Source: an uncultured Hyphomicrobiales bacterium (lineage in GTDB: Bacteria; Pseudomonadota; Alphaproteobacteria; Rhizobiales; Amorphaceae). From it: a stretch of DNA of 64,000 bases. The notes below the pieces were generated by a model that was not told the DNA's origin, searched no databases, and saw only the letters and a program-made list of their open reading frames with translations. The DNA is taken from NCBI GenBank assembly GCA_964547415.1, contig CAZJNX010000002.1, positions 66 to 64,065 on the forward strand. The letters are read 5' to 3'. The position numbers were made by a program, and so were the translations under genes. Positions 1-7,633 of the stretch are shown piece after piece (positions within the stretch are counted from its first letter, which is position 1; each line of letters starts with the position of its first letter).

Positions 1-224
1 GCCATGTTGGTGGCGACCGTGGTGCCGTGCAGCACGATGTCGATGGCCGACGGCTCCACCTCCGCCATCCTGCAGATCTCGGAGATGCCGCGGACCACGC
101 CCTCGGACTGGTCGTGCGGCGTCGACGGCACCTTGTGGACGTAGATGTGCGAATCCGCGCCCGTCTTCTTCTCGAGCACGATATCCGTGAACGTCCCGCC
201 CACGTCGACGCCAACCCTGATCAT
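1..224 (-). CDS. Hydantoinase/oxoprolinase family protein (HyuA-like), N-terminal fragment; gene continues beyond the left window edge
   Basis: Reverse strand from ATG at 224-222 translates MIRVGVDVGGTFTDIVLEKKTG...HGTTVATNM, the typical hydantoinase A N-terminus (GvDvGGTFTD). A GGAGAG Shine-Dalgarno lies upstream. Not in the ORF track because it is cut by the window edge. Confidence 0.75.
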   Translation of the reverse strand, partial: MIRVGVDVGGTFTDIVLEKKTGADSHIYVHKVPSTPHDQSEGVVRGISEICRMAEVEPSAIDIVLHGTTVATNM

Positions 225-272
225 GCCGCTCTCCGTTGCCCTTGTCGTTTCGTCTCGTCCGTTCGCGGCCGG

Positions 273-986
273 TCAGACCGGCAGGTTGCGGCGCATGTGA
301 TCGAGCACCTCCTCGAGGCCCATCACGTCGCCGAACTTCGCGTCGATGTCGAACAGGTTCCACTCCACCGCGCCGGCGATCCGGTCCCCGATCCCCTCGC
401 GCACGGCAATGAGGCGGAAGCCTTCGGCGATCCCGTCCTCGATGGTGTGGCGCACGCACGCGCAGGCCGTCACCCCGGTCGTCACGATGGTGTCGACCCC
501 GATCGAGGTGAGATAGGAGGCAAGGTGCGTGCCGTGGAAGGCGCTCGCCTTCTTCTTGACGATCACGATCTCCCCGTCCCGCGGGGCGATCCGCTCGTCG
601 ATCGCCGCCGCCTCCGAGCCCGCTTCCAGCACCTCCACCGGGATCTTGGAGGACCACAGGCCCGTGTCGGAATTGGGGCCGCTGGTCACTTCGTAGGCAG
701 TCGTCGTGTAGACGATGGGCAGGCCACGGGAGCGGAAGGCGGCGAGCAGCGCCTGGTTCGCCGGGATGATCGTGTCCATGCCCTCGCACGAAAACGCATG
801 GCCCGGCCGCGTCCAGGCGTTGGCGAGGTCGATCACGACGAGGGCGGGCTTCTTCCCGAAGCCCACGCGGCGCTGGAAACCGCGCGCCCTGTAGACCTCC
901 GAGTTCGCCCGGAAGACCACCTCGAGGGCCGCCTTCAACTCCTCCGGGGTGACGGCGCCGGGGGCGGACGGGTCGGGGTCGGACAT
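273..986 (-). CDS. Isochorismatase-family hydrolase (N-carbamoylsarcosine amidase-like)
   Basis: The ATG at 986-984 gives a 237-aa product: MSDPDPS...KKPALVVIDLANAW...IVKKKASAFHGTHL...GVTACACVRHT, with an isochorismatase/cysteine hydrolase fold signature. The upstream part of the 400-aa ORF is Arg/Ser/Pro junk. Confidence 0.85.
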   Translation of the reverse strand: MSDPDPSAPGAVTPEELKAALEVVFRANSEVYRARGFQRRVGFGKKPALVVIDLANAWTRPGHAFSCEGMDTIIPANQALLAAFRSRGLPIVYTTTAYEVTSGPNSDTGLWSSKIPVEVLEAGSEAAAIDERIAPRDGEIVIVKKKASAFHGTHLASYLTSIGVDTIVTTGVTACACVRHTIEDGIAEGFRLIAVREGIGDRIAGAVEWNLFDIDAKFGDVMGLEEVLDHMRRNLPV

Positions 987-1149
987 CGCTCGGCTCCTTG
1001 ATCGCAATCTTCGCCGCAGACTAGTGAAGCGGATCTGCCGGCAGTGAGGATACCCGCTATCGCGGGGGCGAGGCCGGCGGCGCGGCCGATGCACCCGCCG
1101 TGCCGCATCCTCCGCCGAAGAGCGCGAAACGCAACCACGGGAGAGCCCC

Positions 1150-2412
1150 TTGGGCACGAACCTTTCGATCGACGAAGCCCGCCTCTGGTCCACGCTGATG
1201 GAGACCGCCCGGTTCGGCGCCACCCCGAAGGGCGGCATCCGCCGCCTCACCCTGTCCGACGAGGACCGGCAGGTGCGCGAATGGCTGCGGGAGGCGGCGG
1301 AAGCGATCGGCCTGTCCGTCACGGTCGACGCCATGGGCAACATGTTCGCCGTTCGCCCGGGCAAGGACGCCTCGCGCCCGCCGATCGCCTTCGGCTCCCA
1401 CCTCGACACCCAGCCCGCGGGCGGCAAGTTCGACGGCATCCTCGGCGTGCTCGCCGGCCTCGAGGTCATGCGCACCCTGTCGGACGCGGGCTACGAGACC
1501 GAGGCGCCCTTCTGCCTCGTCAACTGGACCAACGAGGAAGGTGCGCGGTTCGCCCCCGCCATGATGTCGTCGGGCGTGTGGGCGGGCGAACTCGACGCCG
1601 AATCCGCCCTGTCGGCCACCGACAACGAGGGCCGCGTCTTCCGGGAGGAGCTGCGGCGGATCGGCTACGAGGGGGGCATCCCCATCGGCGCGGTGGGCTT
1701 CGCCGCGTTCCTCGAGCTCCACATCGAGCAGGGGCCGGTCCTGGAGGCCGAGGAGCTCGTCATCGGCGTCGTCACCGGCGGCCAGGGCATCCTGTGGTGG
1801 GACATGACGGTGACGGGCCGGGACAGCCACGCCGGGACGACGCCCATGCCCATGCGGCGGGACGCGATGGCCGCGCTGTCGGAAATCACCCTCCTCGTGG
1901 AGCGGATCGCCCTCGACAACGCGCCCGCGGGCGTCGGCACCGTGGGGGAGGTGCAGGTGCTGCCGGGCTCGCGCAACACGATCCCGGGCACCACCCACGC
2001 CCGCGGCGAGTTCCGCCACCCGGACGGGGAGACGCTGAAGGCCATGGAGGCCCGCTTCCTGAAGGAGGCGGGCGAGATCGCCGCGCGGCGGAACGTGGAG
2101 GTGGACATCCGCCGCATCTGGCTGAAGGAGCCCGTCACCTTCCATCCGACCTGCGTCGAGGCGGTGGAGGGGGCGACGAAGGCGGCCGGCTACCCCTACC
2201 GGAAGATGATTTCCGGGGCGGGCCACGACGCCTTCTACGCCGCCTCGAAGGCGCCGACCTCCATGATCTTCGTGCCCTGCAAGGACGGCCTCAGCCACAA
2301 CGAGCTCGAGGAGGCCAAGCGCGAGGACTGCGCGGCCGGCGCCCAGGTCCTCCTCGGCGCGCTCCTCGCCCTCGACGAGGCCCTCTCCGGAACGGGCGCG
2401 GGCGGGGCGTGA
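1150..2412 (+). CDS. M20-family Zn amidohydrolase (N-carbamoyl-L-amino-acid / allantoate amidohydrolase type)
   Basis: 420 aa with a TTG start. The sequence ...IAFGSHLDTQPAGGKFDGILGV...NEEGARF...LELHIEQGPVLE...SGAGHDA... matches the AmaB/AllC-type family. It is divergent from the hydantoinase cluster. Confidence 0.9.
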   Translation: MGTNLSIDEARLWSTLMETARFGATPKGGIRRLTLSDEDRQVREWLREAAEAIGLSVTVDAMGNMFAVRPGKDASRPPIAFGSHLDTQPAGGKFDGILGVLAGLEVMRTLSDAGYETEAPFCLVNWTNEEGARFAPAMMSSGVWAGELDAESALSATDNEGRVFREELRRIGYEGGIPIGAVGFAAFLELHIEQGPVLEAEELVIGVVTGGQGILWWDMTVTGRDSHAGTTPMPMRRDAMAALSEITLLVERIALDNAPAGVGTVGEVQVLPGSRNTIPGTTHARGEFRHPDGETLKAMEARFLKEAGEIAARRNVEVDIRRIWLKEPVTFHPTCVEAVEGATKAAGYPYRKMISGAGHDAFYAASKAPTSMIFVPCKDGLSHNELEEAKREDCAAGAQVLLGALLALDEALSGTGAGGA

Positions 2413-2476
2413 CGGCCGTCACGGGCGCCGCGCCCGGCCGTTCCCACATGACCGGCGAGACGACGGGGATGCGGGA

Positions 2477-3418
2477 ATGGCCATCGGGGAGCGGGAGCGG
2501 CGCCTCTTCGCCGCGCTGACGGGGCGGATCGACGGGCGGGCGCGGGCCGACCTTCTCGTCGCGCCTCCGGCGGATTCGTGGTTCCTCCTCGCCTGCCGCG
2601 ACGGGCCGCGCGGCGAAACGCTCCTCGTCGCCGGCACGGACGCGGAAGGGGACCATGCCCTCGCGCTCGTCCCGCCCGGAAAGGGGGCGGACGAGGCCGT
2701 GGTCGCGATCGTCTGCGACTGTCCGGAGAACGGGTGGAACGATCTCCTCGGCCGCCGGTGCGCCTGCGGCCGACAGTGCCCGGACCCGGACGCGCCGACG
2801 CCGATGGACCGGGGCGTCCTCGCCATCGCCTTCCAGGCCGAGCCGGGGGCACGCGCCATCCTGTGGTCGCGGGGCGACACGCTCGGCATCACGCCGGTGC
2901 AGCCGGGCGAACGGGGCCGGTGCGTCATCGTCGACTGGGACGACACCCGCCCGCTCGACGGCTTCGTGGGCATCGCCTTCGACACGCGGACGGCCTTTCC
3001 GGTCGAACCGGAGCTGCCCTTCAGCGCCGCCCACGCGGCCGAGGCGTTCGACGCGTTTTGCCGCCTGCCGGAAGGCGCGCCGCCAGGCCCGTTCACCTGG
3101 ATCGCTCATGCCCTCGAGGAGGCGACCCCGCGGGGGCTCTCCGCGCTCCTCCTCGCCATCCTCGCCGCGTCCGACGCGCGGCGGCACCAGGCGGGCCTCG
3201 CCGCGATCGGCCGGGAGACCTTCTGGCGGACCAGCCACGCCATCTACGACCGGCTGGAGCGCGACCCCTCGATCCCGCCGCAGAACCTCCTCGCCGTCCT
3301 GTCGGTGGAGCCCCGCTTCGGCTTGTCCGACGGGCTCGCGGGCCGGCGTGCCCGCTTGGCGGCGGCGCTCCGGCAAAGGCTCGGCCTCGCCCCCGCCGGA
3401 GGGGGCGGCGCGCCGTGA
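2477..3418 (+). CDS. Hypothetical protein (313 aa), no family recognised
   Basis: High third-position GC and protein-like composition. It carries a Cys-rich patch CDCPENGWNDLLGRRCACGRQCPDPD. The stop TGA (3416-3418) overlaps GTG 3415-3417 of the next ORF. Confidence 0.55.
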   Translation: MAIGERERRLFAALTGRIDGRARADLLVAPPADSWFLLACRDGPRGETLLVAGTDAEGDHALALVPPGKGADEAVVAIVCDCPENGWNDLLGRRCACGRQCPDPDAPTPMDRGVLAIAFQAEPGARAILWSRGDTLGITPVQPGERGRCVIVDWDDTRPLDGFVGIAFDTRTAFPVEPELPFSAAHAAEAFDAFCRLPEGAPPGPFTWIAHALEEATPRGLSALLLAILAASDARRHQAGLAAIGRETFWRTSHAIYDRLERDPSIPPQNLLAVLSVEPRFGLSDGLAGRRARLAAALRQRLGLAPAGGGGAP

Positions 3419-4147
3419 CCGACCTCGCCGCCCTCGACGAGGGGATCCCCCTCGACCTCCTCAGGCCCGATCTCGCTGCGGCGCTCCACCGGGTCCACGT
3501 CGGCGCCGCCGGCGCTCTGGCGGAGGCCTTCCGCCTCGTCCACGGCGAGCGGCGGGACGGCCTCGCCGTCCCCGTCGCGACGGCGGCCGAAGAGGAAAGC
3601 CTCGCCCGCGGCGTCGTCGCCTTCGCGGCCGGCGACCTCGCCGGCCCCTTCCCCGCCGTCGGCGCGACGCCCGATCCAAAAACGGCCCTCGCGGCGCGCT
3701 GGCCCCCGCCCGCGTCTGCCCATTCCGGGGAGCCCGCGCCGCTCCGGGTCGGAGCCTTCGAGGCCGACCACCCGGCCCGGCATCGCGAGGACGCCCCCGG
3801 CTTCATGGACGCCGAGGCCCGTGACGACTTCGAGGGCCCCCGCCTGCCGGCGCGATCATCGCGCTGGCCTGCACGGGCACGTCCGGCGCGCGTTCGTCGA
3901 CGTTCGCCCCCGTCGCCGGCGTCGGCCCCGTCGTGCCTGCCACCCTGTCCGGCGAACCGCCCGAGCGCGACACGCGCCCTCGCCGACGGCGCGCCGCCCC
4001 GCGGCCTCGCTGATCATGCCGGGGATCGCGGCCTGCGGCGCGGCGCCCGCGGCGTCGGCCGCCCCCGTCGTCCCCGCCGGCAGCGGGCGGGACGACGGGA
4101 GCTGCTGCAACACCCCGTTGCATATCGGCAACGGACCGCCCCGTTAA
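3415..4147 (+). CDS. Hypothetical protein, translationally coupled to the previous ORF; the 3' third is frame-ambiguous
   Basis: There is a GTGA overlap at 3415-3418. Frame 1 has strong GC3 bias from 3415 to about 3850 (VTDLAALDEGIPLDLLRPD...FMDAEARDDFEGPRLPA). The best GC3 signal then moves to frame 3 (AIIALACTGTSGARSSTFAPVAGVGPVVPATLSGEPPE) and on to frame 2, ending at TAA 4145-4147. Either there are two frameshifts or the gene ends earlier. Confidence 0.35.
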
Positions 4148-4171
4148 CCGTGCGTCAACCCTCGCGGTTAA
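4115..4171. promoter_or_regulatory. Two perfect 7-bp inverted repeats in a locally AT-richer stretch upstream of the MarR-like gene (candidate operator/promoter region)
   Basis: CCGTTGC-atatcg-GCAACGG lies at 4115-4134. TTAACCG-N14-CGGTTAA lies at 4144-4171. Both sit 90-150 bp upstream of ATG 4264. Confidence 0.35.
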
Positions 4172-4263
4172 GGTCCGCTTAGGCGCCCGGGCCGCACCGT
4201 CCGCCCGTCGATGCCGCGCGAGCCCCGAGGGGGCGCGGCGGCTCGAGGGTCCGGAGGCGCGTC

Positions 4264-4773
4264 ATGAACCTTCACGTCGGTAACGGTCTCGATGCGGACG
4301 GCGGCGAGGCGCTGCCCCTGCGCGAGGCTTACCTCGAGGCGGTGAGGCTGATCGAGCGCACCCACCGCAGCTTCCTCGACGTGGTGAAGGAGGAGCTCGA
4401 GCGCACGGGCTTCACCGACCTCAACAACGTGCAGGCCGTGCTCCTGTTCAACATCGGCGCGGAGGAGCTCGCCCCCTTCGAGCTGAAGCAGCGCGGCTAC
4501 TACCTCGGCTCCAACGTGTCCTACAACCTCAAGAAGCTGATCGACCTCGGCTACGCCGAACAGCGCCGCTCGGCCGGGGACCGGCGCACGGTGCGCGTGC
4601 GCGTCACCGACCGGGGCCGGGCGGTGGTGGAGCGGCTCGAGGCGCTGGTGGCCCGCCAGCTCGCCTCCCTCGGGCCGATCGGCGGCGTGGGCGAGGGCGA
4701 GCTCGCCGAGACCATCCGCATCCTGCGCCGCCTCGACCGCTACTTCACCGACCAGGTGCGCTACCGCCTCTGA
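4264..4773 (+). CDS. MarR-like winged-helix transcriptional regulator
   Basis: 169 aa. The segment ...LNNVQAVLLFNIGAEELAPFELKQRGYYLGSNVSYNLKKLIDLGYAEQRRSAGDRRTVRVRVTDRG... shows a wHTH plus wing pattern. Confidence 0.8.
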   Translation: MNLHVGNGLDADGGEALPLREAYLEAVRLIERTHRSFLDVVKEELERTGFTDLNNVQAVLLFNIGAEELAPFELKQRGYYLGSNVSYNLKKLIDLGYAEQRRSAGDRRTVRVRVTDRGRAVVERLEALVARQLASLGPIGGVGEGELAETIRILRRLDRYFTDQVRYRL

Positions 4774-4788
4774 CGGCCGCCGCCCCGG

Positions 4789-5253
4789 TCAGATCCGGAC
4801 GTGACGGTGTGGCCGCGGCGCCCCGCCGTGGCCGTGGCTTTCCACCTCCACGCGGGCGGGCAGGACGTCGAGCCGGCCATGGCGCACGCCGCGGGCGTTG
4901 ACGACGGCGTCGGCGAGGGCGCGCACCTCGCCCACCGGCCCCTTCAGGACCGAGACCTCGAGGCAGTCGCTGTGGCCGAGGTGGACGTGGAGCGTCGCCA
5001 CCGTGAGATCGTGGTGGTCGTGGTGGGCGCCGGTCACCCGCTGGCCGAGGTCGCGCCGGTCGTGGTCGAAGACGTAGGAGAGGGTCGCCACGCACGGCTC
5101 GGCCGGGTCGGCCTCGTCGACGCGGGCGCGCGCCGCGCCGGTCCGCACCAGGTCGCGCACGGCCTCTGACCGGTTGGTCGCGCCGTGGCTCGCCATGTAC
5201 TCGTCGATCATGGCGACGATCTCTTCGTCGAGGGACACCGTCACGCGCTGCAC
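4789..5253 (-). CDS. nikR: Nickel-responsive regulator NikR (ribbon-helix-helix + ACT-like metal-binding domain)
   Basis: GTG start at 5253 with a GGGAGG Shine-Dalgarno 7 nt upstream. The N-terminus VQRVTVSLDEEIVAMIDEYMASHGATNRSEAVRDLVR is the RHH domain. The C-terminal part HHDHHDLTVATLHVHLGHSDCLEV carries His/Cys ligands. Confidence 0.85.
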   Translation of the reverse strand: MQRVTVSLDEEIVAMIDEYMASHGATNRSEAVRDLVRTGAARARVDEADPAEPCVATLSYVFDHDRRDLGQRVTGAHHDHHDLTVATLHVHLGHSDCLEVSVLKGPVGEVRALADAVVNARGVRHGRLDVLPARVEVESHGHGGAPRPHRHVRI

Positions 5254-5526
5254 CGATCGCCTCCCACTCGCCGCCGACGGGTCGTCCGCCGCGCACCTTC
5301 CTTGTGCCGCCCGGCGCCACCCCGTGTCCATCCACCGCCGGCCGCCCGCCGCCGCGCCTGTCGACGCCGGCCCGGCGGGGAGGTGTTGCACGGATGCCGC
5401 AGCGGGCGGGCATCGGCCCCGGCCACCCCCGCCGCGCCTGCATCGCGCGGCCCGCTCTAGTAGGCTACAGCCCGCGCGGCCCGCGTGGCGGCGGGGCTTC
5501 CACCGGCGAGGAGGGGGAGAGGACGG

Positions 5527-5859
5527 ATGCGACGACTGCTCGCGACGATGGCGGCCCTCGCGGCCATTGCCGTCGCCGGCTGCCAGACGGCCGGCGGGGG
5601 CGTCGACGGCCGCTGGGCCTCGGACGACGGGGTCTTCGTCGCCACCTTCTCCGACGGCAGCTTCACCTCCCGCCTCACCAGCACGAACGAGGTGGTGGCC
5701 AAGGGCAGCTACATGTCGAGCGCGGACGGCCTGCAGCTCACCTGGCTCAGCATCGTGACCAACGAGCAGCGCTCGGCCGTGTGCCGCTTCGTGTCCGGCA
5801 ACCAGCTCGCCTGCCAGCCGCGCGGCGCCCAGCCCTTCAGCATGTCCCGCATCGCCTGA
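5527..5859 (+). CDS. omp10: Omp10-family outer-membrane lipoprotein
   Basis: MRRLLATMAALAAIAVAG|C is a lipobox. The mature part (GRWASDDGVFVATFSDGSFTSRLTSTNEVVAKGSY...CRFVSGNQLACQP...FSMSRI) parallels Brucella Omp10 as I remember it. Confidence 0.8.
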   Translation: MRRLLATMAALAAIAVAGCQTAGGGVDGRWASDDGVFVATFSDGSFTSRLTSTNEVVAKGSYMSSADGLQLTWLSIVTNEQRSAVCRFVSGNQLACQPRGAQPFSMSRIA

Positions 5860-6490
5860 CGCATCGGGCGGGTCGGCCCGGGGAGGCGTCTGCCGAGGCG
5901 CGAAAGCGGGCGCGGACCGATCGGGCGCGCCATCCCCTCCCCGCCGGCACGGTGCACCGTCGGCCCGAGGGAATGACGCCCCCGCGGCCGATCGACCCCA
6001 CGGCGGCGGCCAGCGGTGGCCTGCGGCGCGATGGCGCCGTCGGGCGGCCGGTCCCGGGACGCCGGCCCCGCGGCCCCCGGGGCCGCGGGCGGCCCTGCCG
6101 GCCAGCGGGCCCGGTCGCCCGGGGAAGGGCCTTCCGCCTCTCCTTGCGCTTGATGCAGGTCAAGGCGAGGGCGGCACGGGCCCGAAAAACTCCACGCTCG
6201 CCCGGACGTCTCGGGCCCGCACGCCCATGGCTCGGATACCATTGTCCGGCGTCGACGGTGCTGGCGGGCGACCGGCGCACCGTGGTAGGATGTCGCAGGT
6301 CGGGAAAACCCGGCCGCCGACGGCGCCCTCGGCGAGAGCGGTGCCGCCGGAGAAGCCTCCACCCCGGGTCCGCTGGCGATCCGCCCGGGGGGAAAGAAGG
6401 TCGAGGGGAGGAACGGATGGCGTTCGACCGGTTCGGGCCGAAGGCTTCGCGGGCGTGCCGAGGGGAAGGCGACGCCACCACCGCGCCGGG

Positions 6491-7633
6491 ATGCCGGCCA
6501 TGGCGGTGAGCGGCCCCTCGCGGGACGAGGGCATCCGCGCGCACCTGTCCGAGCGGCAGGAGCCGTACCTGCCCTTCGGCGCGTCCGCTCAGCGGCCGGA
6601 CACCGCCTGCGGCACGGCCCTCCCGGTGGATCGCGGCCTGCTCGTCCGCCCCCTCGCCGACGGCCTGCTCTCGCCCGCCGTCCTGCGGCCGGGAGCGGGG
6701 CGGGACGCCTGCTCCCTCCTGTTCGCCGCCTGGTGCCGGAGCGGCGCGCCGGCACTCGAGGCCGTGCCCGAGCCCGCCGCGGCCCGCCGTGCCGCGCTCG
6801 AGCCCGCGGTCCTCGCCGCCCTCGCGAACGCCTTTCCCGCCCGCGGCCCCTCGCACGCACGCGGCGAGGCGAACACCGCCCGGCCGCCCGCCCCCGCCGT
6901 CGCCAGCCGCGCGAGGACCGACGGAGCCGCGGTCGCCGCCGGGCGCCTGCTCGCGGCCGTCCTCGCGGAGCGGCCCGAGGCGGTCGCCGCCCTCGCGGAC
7001 GGGCTGGTGAGCGAAGATCTGTCGCCGGACACGCTCGTCGCCTCCGTCATGCCGGAGGTGGCCGCCCGCCTCGACGAGGCGTTCCGGTCCGACCGCTGCT
7101 CCGCCGTCGACCGGACCGTCGGCGTGTGCGCCCTGCGCACCCTCCTCGACAGGCTCGCGAGCCGGCGGCGGATCGCGGCCTGCGGCTCGCCGCTGCCACC
7201 CGTCAGGGTCGTGCTCTGGTCCGCGGAAGGGGATCCGATCAGCTTCGCCCCCGCGCTCCACGGCTTTCGCCTGCGCCAGAACGGGGCCGAGGTGGAAACG
7301 CTGGAGGGCGCCTCGCCCGCCGCGCTCCTCGAGCATCTGGTGGCGCAGCCGGCCGACATCCTGGTGGTGTCTTGCCTCGAGCCGGCGCGGTGCGGACGCA
7401 CGGCCCGTCACCTGCAGCAAGTGCGGGAAGCCTCGCCGCTCGCCCTCCACGTGATCGGGCTCGGCGACGGCTTCGAGCCCTTCGCCGGCCACCCGGACGC
7501 GGTGGGCCTCGACGTCCTCGTCCACGGCCCCTCGGAGACCCTCGAGGACGTGGCCGCCACCGGCTGCGCCTGCCGCAAGCCCGCATCCCCCCGCGCGGCC
7601 GCGAGCCGCGAGGCGCAGACGCTCCACGCCTGA
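6491..7633 (+). CDS. Cobalamin-binding-domain-like protein (B12-binding_2 helical bundle + Rossmann-like B12-binding domain lacking the DxHxxG histidine)
   Basis: GC3 is very high throughout. LLAAVLAERPEAVAALADGLVSEDLSPDTLVASVMPEVAARLDEAF... resembles the cap/B12-binding_2 module. VRVVLWSAEGDPISFAPALHGFRLRQNGAEVETLEG...ADILVVSCL...LHVIGLGDGF resembles PF02310, with GDPISFAP in place of GDxHxxG. The start is uncertain: ATG 6491 or 6500, or a strong-SD ATG at 6417 in another frame. Confidence 0.6.
   Translation: MPAMAVSGPSRDEGIRAHLSERQEPYLPFGASAQRPDTACGTALPVDRGLLVRPLADGLLSPAVLRPGAGRDACSLLFAAWCRSGAPALEAVPEPAAARRAALEPAVLAALANAFPARGPSHARGEANTARPPAPAVASRARTDGAAVAAGRLLAAVLAERPEAVAALADGLVSEDLSPDTLVASVMPEVAARLDEAFRSDRCSAVDRTVGVCALRTLLDRLASRRRIAACGSPLPPVRVVLWSAEGDPISFAPALHGFRLRQNGAEVETLEGASPAALLEHLVAQPADILVVSCLEPARCGRTARHLQQVREASPLALHVIGLGDGFEPFAGHPDAVGLDVLVHGPSETLEDVAATGCACRKPASPRAAASREAQTLHA

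Noticed and set aside
5860-6416. A cobalamin (or ZTP) riboswitch in the long leader upstream of the B12-binding-domain gene.
   Set aside because: I could not find the conserved B12-box (AGCCACTG-like) or the GGGAA...GGTG...CCCGC core. GGGTCCGCTGGCG only superficially resembles the ZTP 5' motif, and the CCGCCTGGGC partner is missing at a proper distance. It needs a covariance-model scan before any claim is made.
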